Positions 1 through 8,879 of a stretch of 64,000 nt of DNA are shown in pieces; position 1 is the stretch's first letter; every line of letters starts with the position of its first letter. The DNA is taken from NCBI GenBank assembly GCA_965205865.1, contig CBDBHR010000024.1, positions 1 through 64,000 on the forward strand. Reading direction: 5' to 3'. A program made the translations under genes and the position numbers. Source of the stretch: a bacterium (lineage in GTDB: Bacteria; SAR324; NAC60-12). The notes beneath the pieces are model-generated. The model made no database searches and was not told the origin of the DNA. It saw nothing but the letters and a program-made list of their open reading frames with translations.

Positions 1-61
1 CTTGTAAAATACTTGCAAATCGATTATACAATATTTTATTCCAGGGACGGAAAGGAAATAA

Positions 62-90
62 TGAGACCCTTCGCTTTGCTCAGGATGACA
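62..90 (-). repeat. REP-like palindrome (TGTCATCCTGAGC..AGCGAAGG type)
   Basis: Reverse complement reads TGTCATCCTGAGCAAAGCGAAGGGTCTC. A homologous copy lies at ~35674-35715, in the same position relative to an SBP promoter. Confidence 0.6.
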
Positions 91-131
91 TGAAAGTCTG
101 AAATTAACCCGTTTCAAGTATAAAAAAGATA

Positions 132-161
132 GTGACAATAAGGTAGCTATGAGAGTAAACT
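132..161 (+). promoter_or_regulatory. Putative sigma70 promoter of SBP1
   Basis: GTGACA-18nt-TAAACT. Positionally homologous to the near-consensus promoters at 35604-35632 and 41939-41967. Confidence 0.55.
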
Positions 162-167
162 CAAAAA

Positions 168-272
168 CCCAGTTCCCAGTTCCCAGTTCCCAGTTCCCAG
201 TTCCCAGTTCCCAGTTCCCAGTTCCCAGTAATAAGTTCCAAGCAACAAGTCACAAGTCCCCAATCCCAAGTT
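168..272 (+). repeat. Heptamer tandem array (CCCAGTT x8 plus ~7 degenerate units)
   Basis: Directly visible 7-nt periodicity. Confidence 0.95.
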
Positions 273-394
273 CTACCCCCTTATATTATCTCGACATCAG
301 GGAGAGATCCTTAAGATCCCTTGATTCCCGTTCCGGGAACGGAACGGCAATGGAGAATTTGGAAAATCATCGGCGCCTGAGTGCGTCGGTTTAT

Positions 395-434
395 GGTTCA
401 TTGCCCAATCCTGGAGCCAATGAATCGTTTTTTT
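395..434 (+). terminator. Terminator-like hairpin within the SBP1 leader
   Basis: GGTTCATTG...CAATGAATC stem followed by GTTTTTTT. Conserved in the other two leader copies. Confidence 0.55.
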
Positions 435-1065
435 GATCACTTGAAAATGAAGGAGACCCAATGTGTAGAGAAATCGTCGACAACGTGCTTTCGGGAGTGA
501 AAGCAGGTTGAAGCAATCCTTAATTTTGAACATGCAATCGAAAGGAAAAAGATGTTTAATCAAAAAGGCAGCTCAAAATTGAGCGCAACCCTGCTGGCTC
601 TCATCATGGGAGCAAGCGTCTTCATGGCTGGCCAGGTCTGGGCAGCCAAGTATGTGACGGACCCTACCACCGGCAAGGTGGTAACCGCACCTGAGTATGG
701 CGGGACATTAACTTTCGTCTGGAAAGAAGAGCCAGTGGGTCCTGACGTCGTGGTCTCTGGTACGTGGGCGGGTGCCTACGTCGATGGCGTTTTAGAGAAG
801 CTGGCCATGGGGGACTGGGCAACGCCCAGGGACAAATGGGACTTCAAATTTCTCAACGTTCCAGCTAACACGATAGGGGCGCTGGCGGAAAGCTGGTCGC
901 AGCCCGACCCCCTGACGTATATCGTCAAAGTCCGCCAGGGCGTTCACTGGCATAACAAAGTATCGATGTCCGGTCGGGAGCTGACTGCCCAAGATATCGA
1001 GTACAATTATCACCGTGTATTGGGTCTGGGCAGCGGTTTCACCGAACGTAGCGAATTTGCTTCTA

Positions 1066-2245
1066 GTGTATTGCCTGTTTAATACATTGTATTATTGGTT
1101 ATTTGGTAGACAGGTTTGAGTTTGTCGATAATTTCTTCGGCAGTTTTAGTCCAGACATAGGGTTTTGGGTTTCGATTGTGTGTCTCGATGTAACTATGGA
1201 TGGCTTCGGTCAACTCGAGCACGCTTTTGAAGGCGCCTCGTCGAATCCGTTCTGCAGTGATCTTGCCAAAAAAGCGTTCCACCATGTTCAGCCATGAGGA
1301 GGAAGTAGGAATGAAATGCGGGTGAAATCGCGGGTGTTTTTTGAGCCATTCTTTCACCTTAAGATGTTTGTGGGTGGCGTAATTGTCCAGGATCAAGTGT
1401 ACCTGCAGTTGCTTCGAGGTAGTCTTGTCAATAAGACGCAGGAAGCGCAGATACTCTTGGTGTCGGTGCCGTTTTTCACAGCGAGCGAGCACTTTCCCTG
1501 TCTGCGTATTCAAAGCAGTAAACAGACAGCAGGTGCCATGACGGATATAATCATGAGTTCTGGTGCCATTGCGCCCTGGTTTCAGTGGCAGACCTGGCTG
1601 GGTGCGATCGAGTGCCTGGATTTGTGATTTCTCATCGACGCTCAAGACCAGCGCTTTCTCAGGAGGATTCATGTACAAACCGATGACATCTTTCAGTTTC
1701 GCAGTGAAATGCTTATCATGCGACAACTTAAATGTTTTTTCCAGATGAGGCTTGAGGCGATGGGCTTTCCATACTTTACCGACGGTTGTCTTGCCTACGC
1801 CAACTGCCTTGGCCATCGATCGCGTGCTCCAATGGGTACGGTCCTCAGGCTTCTCTTCAATGGTTTTCTTCACAATCTCCTCGATTTTATCCGCTCCATA
1901 AATGCGTGTCCTGCCAGGCCGCGGATCATCATTGAGACCTGTTATTCCTTTTTCAACAAAGCGCCGTCGCCACTTTCCAACGGCATTACCGCTGGTTCCA
2001 AGCGTTTTGGCAATTTCTTGATTCTTAAGGCCATCAGCAGCCAACAGGATGATGTGCGCACGACGAGTGTCTCTCATCGCTCCGGTATGACGGCGTGCGG
2101 TTTTGCTCAATTCATCCTGTTCTTCCCGGGTCAGTTTTATACTTGGTGCTTTTCTCATGCTGTCTCCATTTATGCAAAAAAAAAAGACAGCTCGTAGTAT
2201 AGCAAACTAAGGAATTATTTACACATTAATAAAAGAGCGACACAC
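1066..2245 (-). mobile_element. IS630-family element, copy 1
   Basis: Imperfect terminal IRs (GTGTATTGC / GTGTGTCGC). TA duplicated at 1064-1065 and 2246-2247, within a CTAG target. Confidence 0.95.
1079..2158 (-). CDS. IS630-family transposase
   Basis: N-terminal HTH, DEK...QALDR, LDNYATHK and SSWLNMVERFF DDE motifs. Confidence 0.95.
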   Translation of the reverse strand: MRKAPSIKLTREEQDELSKTARRHTGAMRDTRRAHIILLAADGLKNQEIAKTLGTSGNAVGKWRRRFVEKGITGLNDDPRPGRTRIYGADKIEEIVKKTIEEKPEDRTHWSTRSMAKAVGVGKTTVGKVWKAHRLKPHLEKTFKLSHDKHFTAKLKDVIGLYMNPPEKALVLSVDEKSQIQALDRTQPGLPLKPGRNGTRTHDYIRHGTCCLFTALNTQTGKVLARCEKRHRHQEYLRFLRLIDKTTSKQLQVHLILDNYATHKHLKVKEWLKKHPRFHPHFIPTSSSWLNMVERFFGKITAERIRRGAFKSVLELTEAIHSYIETHNRNPKPYVWTKTAEEIIDKLKPVYQITNNTMY

Positions 2246-3514
2246 TAGCTTCCAAGGTATGCAATTTGAATCGATAACAGCCACCGACAAATGGAAGGTG
2301 GTTTTTAAGCTGAAGGAGCTAAACCTCGGTGCGCTGGCTGCTATCCTCGACGGCAACCTCGCTCGGATATACCCCCCCGAGGTCATCAAGGAACACGGGG
2401 ACGTGACGGACTGGAGGAACCTGGTCGGCACCGGACCCCTGATGCTGACGGATTGGACCAAGGGCAGCTCTGTCACCTGGGAGAAGAATCCGGACTACTG
2501 GCGCTACGACGAAAAATATCCGCGGAACCGCCTGCCCTATATTGACCGGTTAAGGGCCCTGATTATGCCGGAACCGGCAACCTATCTGGCGGCACTGCGC
2601 ACGGGTAAGGTGGATTACATCGGTCCGATCGGCGAAACTCAAATTAGGTCTCTCGACCAGATAGAGAGCCTCCAGCGGACCAACCCCGAACTCGTGATAT
2701 ATTCGTTCACCACTTACTCGACTAATAGTTTTGGTCCAAACGTTCAGTTGCCGCCCTTTGACGACATCCGGGTGCGCAAGGCCATGCAGATGGCACTAAA
2801 CCTCGAGGAAATCAACAACGCATACTATAAGGGTTATGCCGATATAGTACCTCAGGGGATAGTAAACCGGTCTATGACAGAGGTTGTCACTCAATTTGAA
2901 GAGTGGCCCGCAGATGTCAAGAAGGTCTTTGACTACGACCCGGCAGGTGCCTAAGCGTTGCTGGATGAGGCTAGATATCCTCGCGGCACCGACGGCATTC
3001 GATTCAAGACCGATTTGATGCACCTCGAGCGGTACGATTTGAACTATGCCCAATTAGCCGTTTCATACTGGAAAAAGATTGGCATTGAGGTCGAGATTGA
3101 GGTACAGCCAGCAGCTGCCTTTGGCCCTAGAAGAAAGGAGGGGAATTTCGAAATGATTAGTGCGGAAGCGGCCGGGATTTGGTTCCCATTGCCAATGACC
3201 GCTCGCTATACGACGGGCATAACTTGGAACAGCTCCAATGTCAACGACCCGGTTTATGAAGCCATGTTTGCAGCCGGCCATGCCGCTACTACCCTCGAGG
3301 AGCAGAACAGGATAGCTGGAGAGTTGAATCAGTATGCGATCAAGAAGTTCTGGTTGATATGGGGTGGTGCGGCCCCACAGTATTTTGCGGTCCAGCCGTG
3401 GATCATAGGTTTTAACGGTGAAACGATGTTGGGAGCCGGTCAACGTAACGCCGTCTTCACACGCCTCTGGATTGACCAGGATCTGAAGAAAGCAATGGGT
3501 CATTAGGGTTTCCC

Positions 3515-4474
3515 ATGAGAGCCTATATCATCAGGCGGTTATTGCTGATCTTCCCCACCCTGTTTATCCTGAGCATCCTGGTCTTTCTCTCGGTGCGCTT
3601 CATCCCCGGTGATGTCATCGACGTATTGCAAGGGAGGTTGCAATACTCAGAATCGGGGGTGCTTGACCGGGAGGCGCTTGAACGTATGCTGGGATTGGAC
3701 GTGCCTGCCTACGTGCAGTATGCACGCTGGATCGGTGATATTCTCCTTCACGGCTCTCTAGGCGAGTCCCTGCTTACCAGTTACACGGTAGAGGAGGCGA
3801 TATTTGATAGACTGCCGGTCACCCTTGAGTTGGGTGTCCTGGCAATCGTCATCGGACTCGTGATCGCACTGCCCGTGGGTATCTACTCGGCGATTCGCCA
3901 GGATACCGCCGCCGACTACCTGGGGCGCTCCCTCGCCATCATCGGCTTGGCCACGCCGAACTTCTGGCTGGGCGTAATGGTGATGATCTACCCGGCCATC
4001 TGGTGGCGTTGGTCGCCCCCGCTGGAATTGGTTCCTTTCACAAAAGACCCGCTGGGGAATCTCTGGGGGTTCCTGATCCCCAGCCTGATTCTGGGGACGG
4101 CCTCGGCGGCAGCGACCATGCGGATGACGCGCACCATGATGCTGGAGGTGCTCCGGCAGGACTATATCCGCACCGCCTGGTCCAAGGGGCTCAAGGAGCG
4201 AGTCGTGATTATCAGACACACCATCAAAAATGCCCTCATCCCGGTGGTGACCCTGATCGGCTTGCAGTTGCCGATCCTGGTGGGAGGCGCGGTGATTATG
4301 GAGAACATCTTCAACCTGCCAGGACTCGGGCGTCTCTTGGTGAATGCCCTCAATGAGAGAGACTACCCGATGGTCTCCGGGGTCAACCTCTTTTTCGCCA
4401 CCGGGGTGGTGCTGCTCAATCTCCTCATCGACCTGATTTATCCCTATTTGGACCCGAGAGTCAGGTATGAATAA
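3515..4474 (+). CDS. Peptide ABC transporter permease (DppB/OppB-like)
   Basis: MRAYIIRRLL, PGD and EVLRQDYIRTAWSKGL (EAA) motifs; ends LDPRVRY. Confidence 0.95.
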   Translation: MRAYIIRRLLLIFPTLFILSILVFLSVRFIPGDVIDVLQGRLQYSESGVLDREALERMLGLDVPAYVQYARWIGDILLHGSLGESLLTSYTVEEAIFDRLPVTLELGVLAIVIGLVIALPVGIYSAIRQDTAADYLGRSLAIIGLATPNFWLGVMVMIYPAIWWRWSPPLELVPFTKDPLGNLWGFLIPSLILGTASAAATMRMTRTMMLEVLRQDYIRTAWSKGLKERVVIIRHTIKNALIPVVTLIGLQLPILVGGAVIMENIFNLPGLGRLLVNALNERDYPMVSGVNLFFATGVVLLNLLIDLIYPYLDPRVRYE

Positions 4475-4475
4475 T

Positions 4476-4593
4476 CACTGGCGCTCTGGCCAGGGCTTTG
4501 CCTGACGATTGTCGTCTACAGTCTCAACATGTTCGGCGATGCCATGCGGGATCTGCTTGATCCCAGGCTACGGGGCGGTCAGGGCAGTTATGG
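4476..4593 (+). pseudogene. 3' remnant of a DppC-like permease
   Basis: Translates LALWPGLCLTIVVYSLNMFGDAMRDLLDPRLRGGQGSYG, matching the C-terminal region of the 6371-7321 protein. Confidence 0.85.
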
Positions 4594-4645
4594 AAAACAC
4601 TCCGTCTTCACGATTTCTATCCTGATCTTTTGTTCCTTCAAGAGT

Positions 4646-4768
4646 GCCCAACGTCAAGCTCACCTGCGCCCACCTAATGAGGAGTGAGACAAAAGAAGTG
4701 ATCATGATCCCCTTACAAAACGTTGAAAAAAGCGTAGGGTGGGCGTCTGGTGCAGCGTCTGGTTGTGC
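4646..4768 (-). other. Integron attC recombination site
   Basis: On the minus strand: R'' GCACAAC, arm GCTGCACCAGACGCCCACC, arm GGTGGGCGCAGGTGAGC, R' GTTGGGC. Two unpaired extra bases. Lies just after a stop codon. Confidence 0.8.
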
Positions 4769-4774
4769 TGGAGT

Positions 4775-4995
4775 TTAGGTGGTTTCCTCACCAGCCAATT
4801 TTAAAATTCTATGACGGATATCCATAGATAGCCACATGCCTGCTGCTATCATCTGGTCAATCAAGGGCGCTATTTTCTCTATTAAACCTTGGTTTTTAGC
4901 TTCAAGGAGAATTTTAAGAGTGCCCCATACTTCCAGACCTGCGGCTTGGGCAATACGTCTAGCAAGACCATCATCCAAAATGACGATCCGTTCTG
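4775..4995 (-). pseudogene. 3' part of a DUF3368/PIN-like gene (cassette), truncated at IS630
   Basis: VILDDGLARRIA...GLEVWGTLKILLEAK..GLI motif. Confidence 0.75.
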
Positions 4996-6170
4996 GTCGC
5001 TCTTTTATTAATGTGTAAAAAAATCCTTGGTTTGCTATACTACGAGCTGTCCTTTTTTTTGCATATATGGAGACAGCATGAGAAAAGCACCAAGTATAAA
5101 ACTGACCCGGGAAGAACGGGATGAATTGGGCAAAACCGCACGCCGTCATACCGGAGCGATGCGAGACACTCGTCGTGCGCGCATCATCCTGTTGGCTGCT
5201 GATGGCCTTAAGAATCAAGAAATTGCCAAAACGCTTGGAACCAGCGGTAATGCCGTTGGAAAGTGGCGACGGCGCTTTGTTGAAAAAGGAATAACAGGTC
5301 TCAATGATGATCCGCGGCCTGGCAGGACACGCATTTATGGAGCGGATAAAATCGAGGAGATTGTGAAGAAAACCATTGAAGAGAAGCCTGAGGACCGTAC
5401 CCATTGGAGCACGCGATCGATGGCCAAGGCAGTTGGCGTAGGCAAGACAACCGTCGGTAAAGTATGGAAGGCCCATCGCCTCAAGCCTCATCTGGAAAAA
5501 ACATTTAAGTTGTCGCATGATAAGCATTTCACTGCGAAACTGAAAGATGTCATCGGTTTGTACATGAATCCTCCTGAGAAAGCGCTGGTCTTGAGCGTCG
5601 ATGAGAAATCACAAATCCAGGCACTCGATCGCACCCAGCCAGGTCTGCCACTGAAACCAGGGCGCAATGGCACCAGAACTCATGATTATATCCGTCATGG
5701 CACCTGCTGTCTGTTTACTGCTTTGAATACGCAGACAGGGGAAGTGCTCGCTCGCTGTGAAAAACGGCACCGACACCAAGAGTATCTGCGCTTCCTGCGT
5801 CTTATTGACAAGACTACCTCGAAGCAACTGCAGGTACACTTGATCCTGGACAATTACGCCACCCACAAACATCTTAAGGTGAAAGAATGGCTCAAAAAAC
5901 ACCCGCGATTTCACCCGCATTTCATTCCTACTTCCTCCTCATGGCTGAACATGGTGGAACGCTTTTTTGGCAAGATCACTGCAGAACGGATTCGACGAGG
6001 CGCCTTCAAAAGCGTGCTCGAGTTGACCGAAGCCATCCATAGTTACATCGAGACACACAATCGCAACCCAAAACCCTATGTCTGGACTAAAACTGCCGAA
6101 GAAATTATCAACAAACTCAAACCTGTCTACCAAATGACCAATAATACAATGTATTAAACAGGCAATACAC
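4996..6170 (+). mobile_element. IS630-family element, copy 2 (left tip missing)
   Basis: Near-identical to copy 1. Right end intact (..CAATACAC|TAG). Left end starts GTCGC and lacks the terminal GTGT and TA. Confidence 0.92.
5078..6157 (+). CDS. IS630-family transposase
   Basis: Intact ORF, only a few substitutions relative to copy 1. Confidence 0.95.
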   Translation: MRKAPSIKLTREERDELGKTARRHTGAMRDTRRARIILLAADGLKNQEIAKTLGTSGNAVGKWRRRFVEKGITGLNDDPRPGRTRIYGADKIEEIVKKTIEEKPEDRTHWSTRSMAKAVGVGKTTVGKVWKAHRLKPHLEKTFKLSHDKHFTAKLKDVIGLYMNPPEKALVLSVDEKSQIQALDRTQPGLPLKPGRNGTRTHDYIRHGTCCLFTALNTQTGEVLARCEKRHRHQEYLRFLRLIDKTTSKQLQVHLILDNYATHKHLKVKEWLKKHPRFHPHFIPTSSSWLNMVERFFGKITAERIRRGAFKSVLELTEAIHSYIETHNRNPKPYVWTKTAEEIINKLKPVYQMTNNTMY

Positions 6171-6204
6171 TAGGAGTCCCCAGGCAGAGCCGGAGGTTTA
6201 TTCC

Positions 6205-6359
6205 AATCAATTAAATAAGTTAGAGTAGGGATACGCAAAATTAGGGGACACGTAACAGCTGCTGGACACCAGTATAGTTAGCATGCACGGCGGTGTACAT
6301 GTCCCCCAATTTTGCTTACATCATCAGAATAATCACAGGTTTTTAATTTCTATTCCTAA
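6205..6359 (+). repeat. Degenerate copy of MITE family B (GGGGACA..TGTCCCC core)
   Basis: Aligns with 16352-16502. Confidence 0.7.
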
Positions 6360-6370
6360 GGGAGCTATTT

Positions 6371-7321
6371 ATGAGTGAAGTGATACAATCCCAGACGAAA
6401 TCGCAGCCTTTTCGGGACTTCATGCGCCGCTTGCTCAAGGAGCAGCCGATTGGTGCGGTGAGCATGGTGTTCATGGTGCTGTTCTGCCTGGTCGCCCTCT
6501 TTGCCGATGCGCTGGCGCCGTATCACTACCTGGACATGACGATGATGGACCGGTTGAAAGGCCCCTCGAGCGACTACCTGCTCGGTACCGACCACATCGG
6601 CCGCGATGTGCTGACCCGACTGCTGTACGGCGCAAAAGTGTCGATTGGCGTGGGCTTTGCCGCCACCACCTTGAGCGTGCTGGTCTCCGTGCTCATTGGC
6701 GGAGTGGCCGGATTTTTGGGAGGCAAATTCGACCTGACGGTGCAGCGCTTTGTCGATGCCTGGATGTCCTTTCCCGGTCTGCTCCTGCTGCTGATGATCA
6801 TGACCATCGTGGAACAGGGCATTCTGCAGATCATCGTGGTGCTCGGGGTGACCTCCGGCATTGCCAACTCGCGGGTGATCCGCAGCGCTGTGATCGCAAT
6901 CAAGGAGAACGTCTACTTTGAGGCCGCCCGCGCCATCGGCGCTGCCCCTCTGCAAATCATGCTGCGGCATGTGCTGCCCAACATCATGGCCCCGATCATC
7001 GTCATCTTCTCGATCACCATCGGCGGGGTGATCATCGCCGAGGCCTCGCTCAGCTTTCTCGGCTTCGGGCTGCCCCCCGAGGTGCCAAGCTGGGGATCGA
7101 TGCTCAGCCGGGAGGGTCGTCAATACATGGAGATGGCGCCGCGGCTGGCGATGTGGCCGGGGATCTTCCTGACCATCGTGGTCTACAGCCTCAATATGTT
7201 CGGCGATGCCATGCGCGACCTGTTCGATTCCCGCCTGCGCGGAGGTCAGGGAAGTTATGGCGCTACCCTGAAACGCAAAAGAAGCTTCCTCGCCAGACTG
7301 ATCAATCCCTTCAATCAGTAG
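6371..7321 (+). CDS. Peptide ABC transporter permease (DppC/OppC-like)
   Basis: LLGTDHIGRD, EAARAIGA, HVLPN and PSWGSML motifs. Confidence 0.95.
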   Translation: MSEVIQSQTKSQPFRDFMRRLLKEQPIGAVSMVFMVLFCLVALFADALAPYHYLDMTMMDRLKGPSSDYLLGTDHIGRDVLTRLLYGAKVSIGVGFAATTLSVLVSVLIGGVAGFLGGKFDLTVQRFVDAWMSFPGLLLLLMIMTIVEQGILQIIVVLGVTSGIANSRVIRSAVIAIKENVYFEAARAIGAAPLQIMLRHVLPNIMAPIIVIFSITIGGVIIAEASLSFLGFGLPPEVPSWGSMLSREGRQYMEMAPRLAMWPGIFLTIVVYSLNMFGDAMRDLFDSRLRGGQGSYGATLKRKRSFLARLINPFNQ

Positions 7322-7366
7322 GGAACCCTGCTAAAAAAGGGGACAGATTTGAATGGCGCTAAGATA

Positions 7367-7532
7367 ACTTGAGTTCGAGATAAGAATTTAGTAAATTCAA
7401 TATGTCATGGAATCTTCATACCTTAGAGAAACCTTGTCATTCCTGCTCCCCGCTTTCGCGGGGACAAGTTTCGCGAGGATGACAGATACACTAGGATACT
7501 CATATTATTGAATATTTATGTCAAACTCAGGT
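7367..7532. mobile_element. MITE family A with internal TGTCATTCC..GGATGACA palindrome
   Basis: TIRs ACTTGAGTTCGAGATAA / TTATGTCAAACTCAGGT, flanking direct repeat TAAGATA. Homologous to 57918-58149. Confidence 0.8.
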
Positions 7533-7639
7533 TAAGATAAGAAATAATTGTAATGATTACAAATGTCAGAGAGTCCCATTTCCTTACACGAAGCGCTTCA
7601 CTGGTGGATTGCGGGCGTGCGCACTATTTCGGTGAGTTT

Positions 7640-7765
7640 CATGTGTCGCAATGGTATACAAGCGCTTTGAGGAACCCTGCCGCCGTCAGCAACCCTCGGG
7701 TTGAAACCATGATTGGCGCCCTTCGAACTACGAATGACCTCGAGGAATACCAGAGGCGGTTCCGA
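7640..7765 (+). pseudogene. Fragment resembling an SBP C-terminal region
   Basis: WYTSALRNPAAVSNPRVETMI..LRTTNDLEEYQR resembles the paralog segment WN..QDP.YDAM..AA..ATTLEEQ. Confidence 0.45.
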
Positions 7766-7881
7766 ACATCAAAAATCCTTCGTAAATTTCTCTTTACACA
7801 CCTATTTCCCGATGCTATCATCCTGTGAAATTTTTGATTTTTCTATATGGATAACCGCTCTATCTTGAAAGGACAAGCATC

Positions 7882-8532
7882 ATGCTGAGATTCGTCGAGG
7901 AAATCATCCTGCTCCTGCTCCGTGATGAGGACGGGAGATTCGTACGTGTTCCCAGTTGGTCGCTGGACTATGCTATCGCCGGCGGCGCGCTCATGGACTT
8001 GGCGATGGAAAATCGCATCGACACCGATCCGGAGAATCTGTTCCTGGTCGATGCAACTCCAGTTGGGGACAGCCTCCTTGATCCGATTCTTGCTGAGATA
8101 GAAGCGGGAGAGAAACGCGACGCCCGTTTCTGGGTGGAACATACGGCGGAGCATGCTTACTCGATGCGTGAGGAAGCCCTCTCCCGGCTGGTTGAGCGCG
8201 GAATCTTGGAACGCCAGGAAGACCGTTTTCTATGGGTGTTCCGGTCCAGGCGTTACCCGGCTGTCGACGGAAAGGCCGAACGCGAGGTCAAGCTGCGCAT
8301 CATGGCAGTGCTTTTCAGCGACGAAATCCCGCACCCGCGCGACGTCGTGATTATTTGCTTGGCTGACGCCTGTGGCATCTTCAAGCAACTGTTATCCAGG
8401 CAGGAACTGAACAGGGCGACCGACCGCATCGAGCAGGTGCGCAAGCTGGATCTGATTGGTCGGGCAATGTCGCAGGCAATCCACGACATCGAGGTATCGG
8501 TTGCCGCTTCAGTTCATCCGCATATGTACTAA
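7882..8532 (+). CDS. GPP34/GOLPH3-family protein
   Basis: EEIILLLL, AGGALMDLAMENRI, L..LVERGIL and FLWVFRSRRYP motifs. Confidence 0.8.
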   Translation: MLRFVEEIILLLLRDEDGRFVRVPSWSLDYAIAGGALMDLAMENRIDTDPENLFLVDATPVGDSLLDPILAEIEAGEKRDARFWVEHTAEHAYSMREEALSRLVERGILERQEDRFLWVFRSRRYPAVDGKAEREVKLRIMAVLFSDEIPHPRDVVIICLADACGIFKQLLSRQELNRATDRIEQVRKLDLIGRAMSQAIHDIEVSVAASVHPHMY

Positions 8533-8652
8533 CTTCGGGAGGTGCAGGAAGCGCATCTGCGAGCTTAAGGTACACAACGCTTGCGGCTCGGTCGCCCTTT
8601 GTCCGCAATCAAAAATACAAGGTTTGGACAAAATTTAAAAAAGGAGGTTTCG

Positions 8653-8847
8653 ATGAAAAAGGTCAAATTTAATTTTACTCTAGACGTTGATGTGGCGAGT
8701 TATGTTCAAGACATCGCCGTCGGGGAACGCAGCAAAACTGTAAATGCCATCTTGAAAGCGTTTATTGACAAGGAAAAAACGGAAGGATCAAAGCAGCCTG
8801 AAAAAAATATTAAATCCCGGAAAAAAAAGGGCTCTAAAAAAAGTTAA
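8653..8847 (+). CDS. Small basic protein, possibly ribbon-helix-helix
   Basis: Strong SD (AAGGAGG). Alternating N-terminal strand KFNFTLD, then RSKTVNAILK. Confidence 0.55.
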   Translation: MKKVKFNFTLDVDVASYVQDIAVGERSKTVNAILKAFIDKEKTEGSKQPEKNIKSRKKKGSKKS

Positions 8848-8879
8848 AGAAAAAAGGCGAAGTGGCGCAGGTAGAAGCC

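Larger units (their letters stand above)
552..3506 (+). pseudogene. Peptide/nickel ABC substrate-binding protein (SBP1), disrupted by IS630 and a nonsense codon
   Basis: Signal peptide, APEYGGTL, LAESW..PD, GTGP, LPYID and RLWIDQ motifs. Removing IS630 and one TA restores the frame (GCT TCT AGC TTC CAA GGT ATG). TAA at 2952-2954 sits where two paralogs have Glu (GAEKLLDEAG). Confidence 0.93.

Noticed and set aside
168-272. Possible CRISPR array (also the MITE copies)
   Set aside because: These are contiguous 7-mers with no unique spacers, and there are no cas genes in the window.
149-436. 95-aa ORF with SSQFPVP repeats
   Set aside because: It is a translation of the heptamer array and is not conserved as an ORF in the other module copies.
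4775-5527. 250-aa minus-strand ORF (and similar ORFs at 1709-2197 and 42584-43186)
   Set aside because: Antisense to the transposase; only the last ~72 codons (DUF3368-like) look real.
1066-6170. Composite transposon or inversion formed by inverted IS630 copies 1 and 2
   Set aside because: The flanks of copy 1 rejoin perfectly into SBP1, so it is an independent insertion with no rearrangement.
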